A stretch of DNA of 64,000 bases from Hyalangium minutum. GTDB lineage: Bacteria > Myxococcota > Myxococcia > Myxococcales > Myxococcaceae. The notes below the pieces were generated by a model that was not told the origin of the DNA, made no database searches, and saw nothing but the letters and a program-made list of their open reading frames with translations. Below are positions 18,829-29,549 of the stretch, piece by piece. The translations under genes and the position numbers were made by a program. The stretch is taken from positions 476,314-540,313 of the forward strand of contig NZ_JMCB01000004.1 in the NCBI RefSeq assembly GCF_000737315.1, in the 5' to 3' direction. Numbering within the stretch: position 1 is the stretch's first letter; each line of letters begins with the position of its first letter.

Positions 18829-20166
18829 CTACGGTTTGTCCGAGAGGATGATCGAGAAGGGATACCGATCCTCCGTCCGCAGGTCCGGGTCATACGGGCC
18901 CGTCGGGATGGCCGTCACGATCAAGGTCCGGCGCTGATCGGCCGCAAGCTTCAGCACCTGGGGACCCGAGGACAGCTCCAGGGTCTCACCGTCGGAGTCC
19001 GCGGTCAGTCCGGGCACGGCCTGGACGACGAAGCGGCGGCCCACGTTGAGCGGGGCCTGGAGGGACACGTAGAGCGTCTGCGGCGTCCCCGCGGAGGCCT
19101 TCACTTCGATGTAGCTCGTCCCCAGCATCATCGGCGCGTTCTCGCTGATGGAGATGGTGCTGGGCACCGCGTCCACCTGGGCCGCCAGCGCGAGCTTCGC
19201 CGCCTGCAGGTTCTCCAGCCCATTCTGGAAGTGGCGGAAGTGGCGATCGTCGATGTGGTCCCCCGTGTACCAGCGCCAGCGCGCGAACTCGGGCACGGTG
19301 GCCACGTAGCTCGAGTTGTGCGAGGCCAGCATGTCGTCGAGCGCATCAGCGAAGTCCGGCTCGTTGAGCGTCTGATCATCTTCCGCTCCGGGCGGGTTCC
19401 GGGACTTGAGCCACATTTGCGAGAGGAACTGCGGCTTTCCGTCGAAGAAGCGATCCTTCAGGTACAGCAGGTACATCGAGGAGCCATACATGTACCAGGT
19501 GTCGTACTTGTCATCCCGGTCCAGCGCCCAGTCCGGGTGGGCCTGGAAGTCATCGAAGTACGTCTTGATGTAGCGGTTCGCGTAGACCTGATCCGCGAAG
19601 ACGGCGGACATCTCGAAGGTATGGGGGGCCTCGTACCAGTCATCCGCGGCCTGAGAGGCATGCGCCATCTCGTGGACCACCGTCTCCTCGAGCTCGGGCC
19701 CTCCATAGGGCCCCCACGCGTCGACCACCATGAAGCCGCGCCGGTCATCCCACGCGGTGGAGTCGTCGCCGGAGAGGACGTTGACCAGGCAGCTGCGGTG
19801 GCCCTTCCACACGAACACATCGAACGCGTCATCGGGGCCGCACTCGCCGCCGTCCGTGAGCGGCTGGCGCATGCCGAGCTGGTTGACGTGGTAGTCCCAG
19901 CCCTTCTCGACGAAGGCGAGCACCTGTTGCGCCGTCTCCTTCTCCTGCTCCTTGTAGTAGTGGACGAGCACCGGGAGCTTCTGGGAGCGGATCGAGTACG
20001 GGAACTGCTCCTGGAGGTCCGCCCGCCCGCAGATGGGCGTGCCTTCCGCCAAGGGATGGACGTAGTCCTCGGGTTCGTCGCTCGAGCCGCAGGCGGTGGC
20101 GGCAAGGGTCAGCAAGAGGAGAGAGCCCCGCAGCAGCGGAGCCGCGGAGCGAAGAGCAGCGTGCAT
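18829..20166 (-). CDS. Lipoprotein zinc metallopeptidase (HEXXH)
   Basis: Lipobox LAATAC; [10 protein letters not shown] followed by a downstream Glu (TFEMSA). Confidence 0.7.
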   Translation of the reverse strand: MHAALRSAAPLLRGSLLLLTLAATACGSSDEPEDYVHPLAEGTPICGRADLQEQFPYSIRSQKLPVLVHYYKEQEKETAQQVLAFVEKGWDYHVNQLGMRQPLTDGGECGPDDAFDVFVWKGHRSCLVNVLSGDDSTAWDDRRGFMVVDAWGPYGGPELEETVVHEMAHASQAADDWYEAPHTFEMSAVFADQVYANRYIKTYFDDFQAHPDWALDRDDKYDTWYMYGSSMYLLYLKDRFFDGKPQFLSQMWLKSRNPPGAEDDQTLNEPDFADALDDMLASHNSSYVATVPEFARWRWYTGDHIDDRHFRHFQNGLENLQAAKLALAAQVDAVPSTISISENAPMMLGTSYIEVKASAGTPQTLYVSLQAPLNVGRRFVVQAVPGLTADSDGETLELSSGPQVLKLAADQRRTLIVTAIPTGPYDPDLRTEDRYPFSIILSDKP

Positions 20167-20184
20167 AAAAACCTCGGAATGGGA

Positions 20185-23100
20185 TCAAAGCGCAGGCGGA
20201 ACATGCGCCGTGCCCAATGTAGCGCCAGCGAGCCGCGAGAGCAGTCCATTTGCTTCGGCGAGGTCCACGCAAGTGCCGCCGGGTGCACATCTCGCATGAA
20301 GCGGGGCCAGCCGCTGCGCGCCCTCCTGCGGCCTACCCAGGTCCCAGAGTTGACGGGCGAGGCTCACGGTCGCGCGCAGCTCGAACAGGAGCGCGTGTTG
20401 CTGGCGGGCCACGGTGATGGCAACCATAAAGGATTCTCCCGCTTCCCGCTCCTGCTCGAGCTGCCGCAGCAGCTCTCCCCGCACCCGGTACAGCTCGGCG
20501 TCGGAGGAGTGCTCCCCCGTGGCCTCGGCCCACTCCAGGCCGTTCTTCACCGCGGCCAGCCCTGCCTCGGACTGGCCCAGCTTGAGGTGCAGCGCCGCGC
20601 GCAGTCCGAAGAAGAAGGGGAAGGTGGTTCGCACACCGGTGCCCTTCACCTGCTCAATGGCCTGGCACAGCGTCTGGAGGCCCTCGGAGACACGGCCCTG
20701 CTCGGCGATCGCCCAGGCCCGAAGGAGCACGGACCACACCAGCCAGACCTGGAGCCGGTGCTCGCGCGAGAGCGCCAAGCCTGCCTCGGCCCACTGCAGG
20801 ACTTGCTGGGGCTCTCGCAGGAGCTGGGCGCTCACCCCGGCGTAGGTCAGCACGAAGGCCGAGGTGTGCGGGTGGGCCACCTCTCGCGCCAGCTTCACGG
20901 CCTCCTGGGTGGAGCGCAGGGACTGGGTGGGCCGGGCCAAGAGCGCCTGGAGTACGGCGTCGAACGCCAGCGCGGCCGCCCGAGGGCTGATCCAGTGCTT
21001 CACCGCGAGCGTCCGGTGCTGCTCGAGCGTGAAGTCTGACGCCTCCAGGGCTCGCTCGACATGCTCCAGGGCCAGGAGGTTGTCTCCCCGGGTGAAGGCG
21101 CTGAGCGTGATGGCCCGGTGCCCCTGCACGAGCAGCTCGCGGAGGTGGTGGCGCTGGCCCTGCTCCACGAGCAAGGCGCCCAGCTCCTGGAGCTGATCGA
21201 GCTTCGCCCTCGCGTAGTGGTAGTGGAAGAGGCTCCAGTACGACAGCTCCACCTGGGGCAGCGTGTCTCCCACCTCGTGGAACAGCGTGTAGGCACGCTC
21301 GTAGGTCTGCTCCACCTCGGTGGAGCCATAGCCCTGGACCTGAAGCAGGGGAATGCCCAGGGCCAGCCGGAGCTTCAGCTCTGTGCGGGTGCGCTCGGGG
21401 GAGTCGGGGAGGCGGTTGAGCAGCGTCAGGGCCTGGGTGAAGTGGCTGACCGCCTCTGGATTGGCTGAGCGCATCGCGGCGCGCTCTCCGGCAACGGCCC
21501 ACCAGCGCAGAGCGGACTCCACGTCTCCCGCCTCGGTGTAGTGGTGGGCGAGCCGCTCCGGCTGTGTCTCCGCCACGTCGGGGAACTGCTCCGCCAGCGC
21601 CTGGACAATGCGCTGGTGGTACTGCCGCCGCGTGCCCCGAGGCAGGGACTGAGAGGCCGCCTCCTGCAGGAGCGCGTGCCGGAACTGGTACCGAGGCGGA
21701 TCGTCACCCTGTTGCTGGAGCAGGCCCCTTTCCAGCAGCCCTCGGAGGTCTTGCTTCAGCGCGGCCTCGGTGCGGTCCGCGGTGGCCGAGAGCAAGGCGT
21801 GATCGAAGCTGCGGCCCATGATGGCGCAGAGCTGGGCCAGCGCCTTCTGCCGGTGAGGTAGCGCGTCCAGGCGGGCCTGCAGCAGCTCGTTCAAGGTGAT
21901 GGGGACGGAGGAAGAGACTCCCGTCCCCGAGGGCGAGCGCCGCTCCAACACGATGCGGGTCATCTCCTCGGCGAAGAGGGGGATGCCGTCGGTGGTGGCC
22001 ACCAGCCGGTCCACCACCTCCGGAGCCAAGGCCCTGCCGTGGGCGGCCTCTCTCACCAGGGTTGCGGCGAGCTCCGCGGGCAGCCGCTCCAGCGTGAGCT
22101 GCTTCAGCCTGGGGGCCCAGGAGGCCGGGAGCGGGAAGTCCGGGCGGGCGCTGAACATGAGGCACAGCCGGTGTCCTTGGGAGTGAGCCAGCAGGAAGGT
22201 CAGCAGCTCCAGCGTGGACGGGTCGGCCCAGTGCAGGTCCTCGAAGATGGCGAGGATGGGGTGCTTCGCGGCCATGTGCCCGAGCAAGGCCGCCAACGCC
22301 TCGAAGGTCCGCTCCTTGAGGAGCTGGGGTTGCAGCCGGAGGTGAGGGGACTCCTCCGGCACCGGCAGCGAGAGGAACACCGCGATGAGCCGCGCCTGCG
22401 CGGAAGACAGTTCCAGCCCGGCGAGCTGTGCTTCCAGCAGGTGCAGGCGCTGCGCGGGCGCATCTTCCGGGGCCAGATGGAAGAAGTGCTGCAGGGCCTC
22501 CACGACAGGATAGAAGGCGCTGGTGCGGAACTGCGCCCAGCACTGGGCGCGCAGTACCGCATGCGGCTCCGAAGCCGCGCGCTGGCCCAGCTCGCGGATG
22601 AGGCGCGACTTGCCGATGCCGGCCTCGCCTCGGAGGAGGACGGCGGTGCGTTGACCGCCGCGCGTCTCCTGCCAGCAGGCGAGGAGCTGTTGCAGCTCCG
22701 CGTTCCGCCCGATAAACGGCAGCAGTCCGCCCACGCGGGGGCGATCGAACCGGAGCGGCGTTCTCCGCTCGCGCAGGACCCGGTGCAGCGCCACCTCCCG
22801 AGCACCGAACACCCCTGTATAGGAAGCGTGGCCGCAGGCCTCGGTCTCGAAGGCGCCACTCACCAGGGTCCACGTCGCCTCACTGAGGAGCACGGTTCCG
22901 AGTGGGGCCTGGCGTGCCAGCCACACGGCGAACCGGGGCGCCTCGCCTTGGATGGAGGGCGTCCACCCCTGAGTCTGGGTGGGCAGCTCATCGAGCGTCA
23001 CCAGATCCGTGTGGATCCCCACCCGCACGGCCAGCGCTCCATGGGACAGAGGCGCCAGCTCCGGGTCCAGCTCCTGCGCCACGTGCAGCCCCGCGCGCAC

Positions 23101-24351
23101 CGCGTGCTCCGAGCCCTCCTCTCGGGCCAGGGGATACCCGAAGCAGGCCAGCACTTGATCTCCAATGCATGAGGCCAGGGTGCCTCCATGCTGCCGGAGG
23201 ATCTCCGAGCACCGCCGTTGGAAGGTGGCCTCCCACTCGCCGCTGCTCTCCGCATCGAGCTCGGGGGAGACTCTGTCCAGCCCCGCCAATTGGCAGCACA
23301 CCAGCGTCACTTGCCGGCGCTGAGGCCCGAGCGCCTGGGGCTTCTCCCTCCAGGGGCCCAGCGTCTCCTGGAGCCGGGACAGCGCTTCTCGAAGCTCGAC
23401 CGCGGAGGGGAAACGCTCCGCCGGATTCTTGGCCAGCGCCTTGGTCAGCAGCGGTTCCACGGCCGGAGGCAGCTCTGGACGGAGCTCGCGAGCCGAGGGG
23501 ACTGGCTCCTGGGACGTCACGAGCGCACGCAGCTCCGCGAGGTTCGTGCCGGGGTAGGGGAGCTGCCCCGTCAGCAGCTCGTACAGCACGACACCGGCGG
23601 CCCAGACGTCCGTGCGCTCGTCCTGCGCCTCGCCTCGCCACTGCTCCGGGGCCATGTACGGCGGCGTCCCCGCTGTGGGCAACTGCGGCGTCCCCGAAGC
23701 CTTGCTTGTCGTGAAATGCGCCAGCCCGAAGTCGATGAGCTTGAGCTGGCCCCGCCGCGTGATGAAGACGTTGCTCGGCTTGAGATCCCGGTGCGCGACG
23801 TGGTGCTCGTGAGCGTGCGCCAGACCCGCGACCAGGGTGCTCATGAGCTCCAGGGCCTGCCGCAGCTCGGGCCGCTCCCGCCGTAGGAGCGAGGAGAGAG
23901 ATTCGCCGTCCAGGCACTCCATGACCAGGAAGGGGACCCAGGGCTCCCAGGGCTGTCCCTGCCACTCGGATACGTCGAAGATCCGGACGATGTTCTCGTG
24001 GTCCAGCTGGGCAATGGCGCGGGCCTCTTCGCGCAGTGCCGCCCGAAGCCGGGGCTCGGCCATCACCGTGCGGGGCCTCAGGAACTTGAGCGCCACCACC
24101 CGCTGGAGCTCTTTGTCCCAGGCCCGGAACACGTGCCCCATCGCCCCACCGCCCAGCTCTTCGCGGATCTCGAAGCGGGCGCCGTCTCGGCCGCCCAGCC
24201 GCTCCCCTGGCTTGGGCGTCCTCAGCAGCGGATCCACGCGGGCCACCTGCAGAAGGAAAGAGTCGTCCTGATCCGAGGCGTACGTGTCCGCACGCTCAGC
24301 GCTCTCGCCAGCGGGTGGATGGCGCTCGGGAGGGTCAGGTCTCTTTGGCAT
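20185..24351 (-). CDS. Ser/Thr kinase + degenerate class III cyclase + STAND AAA ATPase + TPR protein (copy 1)
   Basis: GGGAMG, VALK, HRDLKPSN, DFG, GTPPYMAPE; RRQVTLVCCQL...GDQVLACFGYP; GEAGIGKSRL, FEDLHWAD; helical TPR-like C-terminus. Confidence 0.9.
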   Translation of the reverse strand: MPKRPDPPERHPPAGESAERADTYASDQDDSFLLQVARVDPLLRTPKPGERLGGRDGARFEIREELGGGAMGHVFRAWDKELQRVVALKFLRPRTVMAEPRLRAALREEARAIAQLDHENIVRIFDVSEWQGQPWEPWVPFLVMECLDGESLSSLLRRERPELRQALELMSTLVAGLAHAHEHHVAHRDLKPSNVFITRRGQLKLIDFGLAHFTTSKASGTPQLPTAGTPPYMAPEQWRGEAQDERTDVWAAGVVLYELLTGQLPYPGTNLAELRALVTSQEPVPSARELRPELPPAVEPLLTKALAKNPAERFPSAVELREALSRLQETLGPWREKPQALGPQRRQVTLVCCQLAGLDRVSPELDAESSGEWEATFQRRCSEILRQHGGTLASCIGDQVLACFGYPLAREEGSEHAVRAGLHVAQELDPELAPLSHGALAVRVGIHTDLVTLDELPTQTQGWTPSIQGEAPRFAVWLARQAPLGTVLLSEATWTLVSGAFETEACGHASYTGVFGAREVALHRVLRERRTPLRFDRPRVGGLLPFIGRNAELQQLLACWQETRGGQRTAVLLRGEAGIGKSRLIRELGQRAASEPHAVLRAQCWAQFRTSAFYPVVEALQHFFHLAPEDAPAQRLHLLEAQLAGLELSSAQARLIAVFLSLPVPEESPHLRLQPQLLKERTFEALAALLGHMAAKHPILAIFEDLHWADPSTLELLTFLLAHSQGHRLCLMFSARPDFPLPASWAPRLKQLTLERLPAELAATLVREAAHGRALAPEVVDRLVATTDGIPLFAEEMTRIVLERRSPSGTGVSSSVPITLNELLQARLDALPHRQKALAQLCAIMGRSFDHALLSATADRTEAALKQDLRGLLERGLLQQQGDDPPRYQFRHALLQEAASQSLPRGTRRQYHQRIVQALAEQFPDVAETQPERLAHHYTEAGDVESALRWWAVAGERAAMRSANPEAVSHFTQALTLLNRLPDSPERTRTELKLRLALGIPLLQVQGYGSTEVEQTYERAYTLFHEVGDTLPQVELSYWSLFHYHYARAKLDQLQELGALLVEQGQRHHLRELLVQGHRAITLSAFTRGDNLLALEHVERALEASDFTLEQHRTLAVKHWISPRAAALAFDAVLQALLARPTQSLRSTQEAVKLAREVAHPHTSAFVLTYAGVSAQLLREPQQVLQWAEAGLALSREHRLQVWLVWSVLLRAWAIAEQGRVSEGLQTLCQAIEQVKGTGVRTTFPFFFGLRAALHLKLGQSEAGLAAVKNGLEWAEATGEHSSDAELYRVRGELLRQLEQEREAGESFMVAITVARQQHALLFELRATVSLARQLWDLGRPQEGAQRLAPLHARCAPGGTCVDLAEANGLLSRLAGATLGTAHVPPAL

Positions 24352-24499
24352 CCCCTCCCAATGTGGGAAGTGATCCGCTGCGAGGACAGCCAAGAGAGCG
24401 GGCAGCCACGGCCCCCGCCCGCCCAGCTGCCCAGCCATGAGCAACTGAATGGTTGCGCTTCCGGAGCCCTGTCTGTAATGTGCAACCGGGAGGTTGCAC

Positions 24500-24958
24500 A
24501 TGGGAACCACGAGTACCGATCGCATCGAGAAGCAGTTGCTGCTCCGCGCACCGCGATCACGGGTCTGGCGGGCGCTGACGACCGCCGAGGAGTTCGGGAG
24601 CTGGTTTGGGGTCAAGCTCCATGACCCCATCGCTCTGGGCGCCCACGTGAAGGGGACAATCACGCACCCGGATTACGCGCACCACCCCTACGTGATGATC
24701 ATCGAGCGGCTGGACAAGGAGCGCGTGTTCGCCTGGCGCTGGCACCACATCATCGACGGCAAGGTGGACCTGAACGGGCCCACGACCCTGTGCGTCTTCG
24801 AGCTCGAGGAGGCCCCCGGCGGCACGCTGCTCAAGTTCTCGGAGTCCGGCTTCGATCAGCTTCCACTCTCCCACCGGGACAAGCTCTACCGGGGCAACGA
24901 GGAGGGCTGGACGATCCAGATGGGGAACATCGAGAAGCATGTCAGCGCGACGGCCTAG
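24500..24958 (+). CDS. SRPBCC (Aha1-like) family protein
   Basis: IEKQLLLRAPRSRVWRALT...FAWRW...FSESGF...NEEGWTIQM; GGAGG RBS at 24489-24493. Confidence 0.88.
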   Translation: MGTTSTDRIEKQLLLRAPRSRVWRALTTAEEFGSWFGVKLHDPIALGAHVKGTITHPDYAHHPYVMIIERLDKERVFAWRWHHIIDGKVDLNGPTTLCVFELEEAPGGTLLKFSESGFDQLPLSHRDKLYRGNEEGWTIQMGNIEKHVSATA

Positions 24959-25304
24959 CGCGGGAGTCGCGGAGGGCGGGCTGAGAGCCTCTGCTCCCAT
25001 CTTCGCCGCGCTCGGAGACGAGACGCGCCTGCGGCTGGTGTCCCGGCTGTGCACGGACGGGCCCATGTCCATCGCGCGCCTCACGGACGGGGCGGGCGTC
25101 ACCCGGCAGGCCGTCACCAAGCACCTGCACGTGCTGGCCGAGGCCGGGGTCGTCCGCAGCCTGCGCCATGGCCGCGAGAGCATCTGGGAGCTGGAGCCGG
25201 GGCCGCTCGAGGAGGCCCGCCGCTGCCTGGATTCGATCTCCCAGCAGTGGGACGCGTCACTCGGACGGCTGAAGATGCTCGTGGAAGGCCCGGAAGACTC
25301 CTGA
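24939..25304 (+). CDS. ArsR/SmtB-family transcriptional regulator
   Basis: FAALGDETRLRLV...VTRQAVTKHLHVLAEAGVV...GRE...WDASLGRLK. Confidence 0.9.
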   Translation: MSARRPSAGVAEGGLRASAPIFAALGDETRLRLVSRLCTDGPMSIARLTDGAGVTRQAVTKHLHVLAEAGVVRSLRHGRESIWELEPGPLEEARRCLDSISQQWDASLGRLKMLVEGPEDS

Positions 25305-25347
25305 GGCTCCGGGTGGCAGAGCCTCAGGAGGTGCTCCACCGCCCGCG

Positions 25348-27006
25348 CTACTTCTTCACCTCGGGGCGGACCTGGCCGTCGGCGTTCGGGATCTCGATCC
25401 CGAGGAACGCGGCCAGCGTGGGGGCGATGTCGGCCTGATCCACCGGCGTCTTCACCACCTGCTTCTTGATGCCCGCGCCGTAGAAGGCCAGCGGCACGTG
25501 CTTGTCGTACCCATACGGGCTGCCGTGGGTGGAGCCCTCGGACTTCTCGCCGTACTTGCCCCAGAAGGAGTTCTCCGCGGGCACCAGCAGCACCTCGCCC
25601 GCCCGGTCCGGGTGGAAGGTCAGCCGCGTCTCCTTGAAGTAGGGGCGCTCTGGGTTCGTCCCGGCGATCAGCTCTGTCCGGGTGAAGCCAGCGGCGATCT
25701 GCGGCACCTTGAGCGCGGCCTCCAGCGCCGTCTTCTCCAACTCCGCGGGAGCGATCTTCTTCTCCTCGGCGAGCTTCGTGTTCAGATAGATGCTCGGGTC
25801 CTCCAGCGCGGAGACCCACTCACCCGGTCCGTACTTGTCCTGCAGGGCCTTCTGGACGGCGGCCTTCAGCTCGGCCTTCTTGATGCGCCGCACCGTCTTG
25901 CCCTCGGCCGCGAGCTTCTCCGGGGCTGGCGCCGCGCCGTGGTCCGCGCTGAACGCGAACACGAGGTTCTTCGCGCCGACCTTCTTCTCCAGGTAGGTGA
26001 CCAGGTCGCCGATGGCGCGGTCCACCCCGAGGATCGAGTCCTGCACCTCGTGGCTGTCCGGGCCGTACGCGTGGCCCGCGTAGTCCGGCGCGGTGAAGCT
26101 CACCGCCAGGATGTCCGGCGCCGCGTCCGCGCCCAGGCCCTCGGCCTCGACGGCGGCCTTCACGAAGGTCAGCTCCCAGTCGGTGGCGTACGGGGTGGCG
26201 GCGAAGGCGGTGTAGAAGTCAGGCCCCGGCTTGTCGAGCTTGCCCGTGATCTTGTGCGGGAACGTCTTGCCCAGGCCCTTGTAGTCGCCCTCGTAGGCGG
26301 CCTCGTCCGGGCCGAAGTACTTCGCGGCCGGCTGCGAGCGGTCCCACACCTTGCCGAACTGCGCATCCATGGGGTTCTTCGAGTTGAACCCCGTGACCCA
26401 GGCGGGCAGGGCGCTCTCGAAGAAGGTGGAGGTGGTCATCTTTCCGGTGCTCTCGGACAGCCAGTAGGCCTTGCCGGTGTGGCCCGCCATCAGCACCGCC
26501 GCGCGGTCCTTCAGGGCGATGGCCACCACCTTCGAGTCCGGGCTCTTCTGCTTGAGCAGATCGCCCACCGTGGGCGCCAGCAGCTTCTCCGGCGAGGAGT
26601 CATCCTCCGGATCCGCGGGCGAGTCGATCAGCGGGTGGGCCGGATCGAGCAGCGTGGTGACGCTCTTGCCCGTGGTGCGATCGTAGTACTTGTTGGAGAC
26701 GATGCCGCTCTTGTGCGGGTAGACGCCGGTGCCCAGCAGCGCGTGCCCGGGGCCCGTGTACGTGGCCAGCTGCCGGTACGTGGAGTCGGTGAAGCGCGTG
26801 CCACCGAGGATGCGCTTGATGCCCTTGGGGCTCAGGCGCGGCTCCATCTTCGACAGCACGTCCGCGCCGAGCTGATCCACCACCAGCAGCACCACCAGCT
26901 TCGGCTGCTGCTCCTGCTTGCCCTTCTTCGCCTGAGCAGGAGCGGTCTGCGCCACCGCCGTCGAGCCCATGAGCAGCGCGGCTGCCACTCCCAGATGTGC
27001 CTTCAT
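25348..27006 (-). CDS. Alkaline phosphatase superfamily protein (PafA/nucleotide pyrophosphatase type)
   Basis: Signal peptide; LVVDQL, TYTGPGHA (Thr nucleophile), KDRAA, DYAGH, SADHG, THGSPYGYDKHVP. Confidence 0.88.
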   Translation of the reverse strand: MKAHLGVAAALLMGSTAVAQTAPAQAKKGKQEQQPKLVVLLVVDQLGADVLSKMEPRLSPKGIKRILGGTRFTDSTYRQLATYTGPGHALLGTGVYPHKSGIVSNKYYDRTTGKSVTTLLDPAHPLIDSPADPEDDSSPEKLLAPTVGDLLKQKSPDSKVVAIALKDRAAVLMAGHTGKAYWLSESTGKMTTSTFFESALPAWVTGFNSKNPMDAQFGKVWDRSQPAAKYFGPDEAAYEGDYKGLGKTFPHKITGKLDKPGPDFYTAFAATPYATDWELTFVKAAVEAEGLGADAAPDILAVSFTAPDYAGHAYGPDSHEVQDSILGVDRAIGDLVTYLEKKVGAKNLVFAFSADHGAAPAPEKLAAEGKTVRRIKKAELKAAVQKALQDKYGPGEWVSALEDPSIYLNTKLAEEKKIAPAELEKTALEAALKVPQIAAGFTRTELIAGTNPERPYFKETRLTFHPDRAGEVLLVPAENSFWGKYGEKSEGSTHGSPYGYDKHVPLAFYGAGIKKQVVKTPVDQADIAPTLAAFLGIEIPNADGQVRPEVKK

Positions 27007-27022
27007 TCCGTTCTCCTGACTG

Positions 27023-27754
27023 CTATGAGTTTCGTGTTCTCTGTGGCTGGCCAGGCGCCCCGGCGACCTCGGCGAAGCTGTCCGAGATCACGCCGATGTC
27101 CTGCGACAGCTTGGACAGATCCGTGGTCACCCGCCGCGAGCTCTCGACGATTCCCGAGTCCGCCCGGGCCGAGCGCAACGTCAGCACTTGCACCTTCACG
27201 GCCTCCAGCCGGGCCTGGAGCTCGGCCAGCTCCGCGTCCAGCCGGGACACCTGCCCCCGAAGCGCGGCGGCATCCGCGAGCTGTCCCTCGCGGACCTTCG
27301 CCGCGTCCCGGTAGCGCTCGGCGGCGGCGCTGTCATGGCTCTGCGAGGCGAGCTGCTCCAGCCGGTCGCGCTCCTCGGCCAGTCCCTTCTCTCCCGTCTG
27401 CGCCAGGAACGACTGCAGCTCCTGGTGCCGGGCCACCAGCGCCATCGCTTGCGCGCCAATGCGCTCCAGCTGTGGCGCGGAGACCGCGAGCATCTCGCGC
27501 GCGGCCTCGGGCACCTTCGCCAGCTCCACCCCCAGCTGCTCCTTGGCCTCCCAGAGCAGCCGGGCCCGCTCACGGTGCTCGGCATCCAGTCCTGGGGGGA
27601 GCTGGGGGCCGCCACGGTTCAGCAGGGCGAGCACCACGGAGGCCAGCGTCCCCAGTCCCAGCACCCACCACTCGTGGGTCGCTGCCGCGGTGACGCCGGC
27701 CGTCGCGAGCATCCCCGCGGCCGGAAACAGCCTCTGCCAGTTGGGTCCCTTCAC
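27023..27754 (-). CDS. Hypothetical protein, two N-terminal TM helices plus long coiled coil
   Basis: Hydrophobic N-terminus and heptad-rich remainder; 6 bp downstream of the VWA gene; GTG start. Confidence 0.65.
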   Translation of the reverse strand: MKGPNWQRLFPAAGMLATAGVTAAATHEWWVLGLGTLASVVLALLNRGGPQLPPGLDAEHRERARLLWEAKEQLGVELAKVPEAAREMLAVSAPQLERIGAQAMALVARHQELQSFLAQTGEKGLAEERDRLEQLASQSHDSAAAERYRDAAKVREGQLADAAALRGQVSRLDAELAELQARLEAVKVQVLTLRSARADSGIVESSRRVTTDLSKLSQDIGVISDSFAEVAGAPGQPQRTRNS

Positions 27755-27760
27755 GCGCTC

Positions 27761-29491
27761 TCAGAAGTACGACGCGATCTGGTGGTACAGCTTGTCGAGG
27801 TCCGCGCTGTCGCCGTTCACCATCAGCGCGTTCGAGCGATCGCTGAGGGTGCGCAGCAGCTCCTCGTCCGCTTCGTTGCCGTAGGCGATGGTGAAGACGC
27901 GCGTGCCCTCGGTGTCCTCGGGCTTGGGCAGCCGCTCGATGAGATCCGGCCGGTTCCGCTTCGAGGAGGTGTCCTTGCCGTCCGAGAGCACGACGATGCC
28001 GTAGCTGCGCGGCTCGGGGTCCGTCTTGCGCGCCTGCTCGATCTGGTCGAACGCCAGGATGATCGCGTCGTACAGCGAGGTCTGCCCGTGGGCGTACAGG
28101 CCCTGGACCTTCTGCACGAGGCTCTCGCCCGACTCACGCACCTTGCCCGGGTTGCCCAGCGGGGTGGGGGCCTCGCTGAAGGAGATGACCTGGAGCAGGT
28201 CCTCCGGCTCCATGCGCTTGAGGAACTTCACCGTGCCCTCGCGGGCCGCGTCCATCGGCTTGCCGTTCATCGAGCCCGAGGTATCCAGGACCACCCAGAT
28301 GGCGGCCTTCTTCTTCGTCTCGTGCCAGAGCGTGTTGGCGCGCTGGAACAGGTCCTCGTTGATGTACTCCAGCTCCTTGCGCTGGGCGTTGGGCGAGATG
28401 CCATGGTCCTCGTCGAACGGCGCGGTGAGCGGCACGTCCTTCAGCGCGGGCCGGAAGCCGTACTTCGGAGCCTTGGCCTGCTGCTCGGATGACGTGAGGA
28501 AGTCGAGGAACGCCTGGGCGCCGGCCTTCTGATCCTCGGTGACCCAGTCGGCGTCCACGACGCCTGCGGGGTGCGTCTCCCAGAAGGTACCCTCCTTGGG
28601 ATAGATGGCCACGAAGGGGAAGGGCTTGGTCTTGCACTTGTCGTTGGCCTTCACCACGGACGACTCGTACACGGTGACGGCGGACAGGTAGGACGGGCCG
28701 CGCGCGCACAGCTTGTCCATGAGCCAGCTGGAGCTCTCTCCGTAGTGGACGATGGAGCGCTCGATGTCCTTGAGCAGCGACACCACCTTGGGGTTCTTCA
28801 TGTCCGCCGAGGTGAGGCCCGCAGTCTTGTCAGCGCCCGCGTAGATCATGCTGATCACAGAGAGCATGGCGGAGTTGGAGTAGTCCGGGTGCGAGTGCCC
28901 GAACTTGAAGGCGCCCCACTCGGGATGGCCCAGCGCGCTCCAGCCCTTGGGATTCGTGACGACCCTGTGGAGATCATCCCAGCCGATCTCCTTCTTGGGC
29001 CAGCCGAGCGCCTCGGCCATGGGCTTCCACAGGGCGATGATGAGCGCGGTGTTCACCGTGTCCTTCGCCTGGGGCACGAAGGGGCGGTTCATGCGCGTCT
29101 GCCAGTCCTGGTTGATGAGATCGATCCAGCTCTTGCCCGCGGGCCCCCAGATGGTGGGCTGGGACTTGCCGGCGAGGATTGCGGCGCGGCTCTCGCCCGA
29201 GCGCATGTGCTCGGCTTTGACGACGACGACCTTGCCGTTGATCTCCACCTGCTTGTCGTTGAACGTCTTGACGACGTCGTTGACCCATTCCTTCTTGCCG
29301 TCGGACGAGGCGTAGAGGACCTGGATGGTGTCCTTGCTGGGCTTCTCTGCGGGCTTGGCGCTGCCCTCGGCGGGGCGGCCATCCGAAGTGGCCGTGCCCT
29401 GGCTCCCGCTGGGGGAGAGCTTGTTGTACAGCACAACACCGCAGACAAGCGCGAACACCAGGACAACGGCGACGCTGGTTCCTTTGTTCAT
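27761..29491 (-). CDS. Extracellular solute-binding domain + von Willebrand factor A protein
   Basis: N-terminal anchor, SBP motifs (FGHSHPDYSNS, IYPKEGTFWETHP), and intact MIDAS LDTSGSM...GQTSLYDAI...LSDGKD. Confidence 0.88.
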   Translation of the reverse strand: MNKGTSVAVVLVFALVCGVVLYNKLSPSGSQGTATSDGRPAEGSAKPAEKPSKDTIQVLYASSDGKKEWVNDVVKTFNDKQVEINGKVVVVKAEHMRSGESRAAILAGKSQPTIWGPAGKSWIDLINQDWQTRMNRPFVPQAKDTVNTALIIALWKPMAEALGWPKKEIGWDDLHRVVTNPKGWSALGHPEWGAFKFGHSHPDYSNSAMLSVISMIYAGADKTAGLTSADMKNPKVVSLLKDIERSIVHYGESSSWLMDKLCARGPSYLSAVTVYESSVVKANDKCKTKPFPFVAIYPKEGTFWETHPAGVVDADWVTEDQKAGAQAFLDFLTSSEQQAKAPKYGFRPALKDVPLTAPFDEDHGISPNAQRKELEYINEDLFQRANTLWHETKKKAAIWVVLDTSGSMNGKPMDAAREGTVKFLKRMEPEDLLQVISFSEAPTPLGNPGKVRESGESLVQKVQGLYAHGQTSLYDAIILAFDQIEQARKTDPEPRSYGIVVLSDGKDTSSKRNRPDLIERLPKPEDTEGTRVFTIAYGNEADEELLRTLSDRSNALMVNGDSADLDKLYHQIASYF

Positions 29492-29549
29492 GACACTCCT
29501 TGCTGGGGGCGCACTCTACGGCACTCGCCCTACAGCGGGTAGGGGCGTC

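Noticed and set aside
20185-24351. TOMM/RiPP cluster implied by the kinase-cyclase fusion architecture
   Set aside because: No YcaO, cyclodehydratase or precursor gene is visible near either copy.
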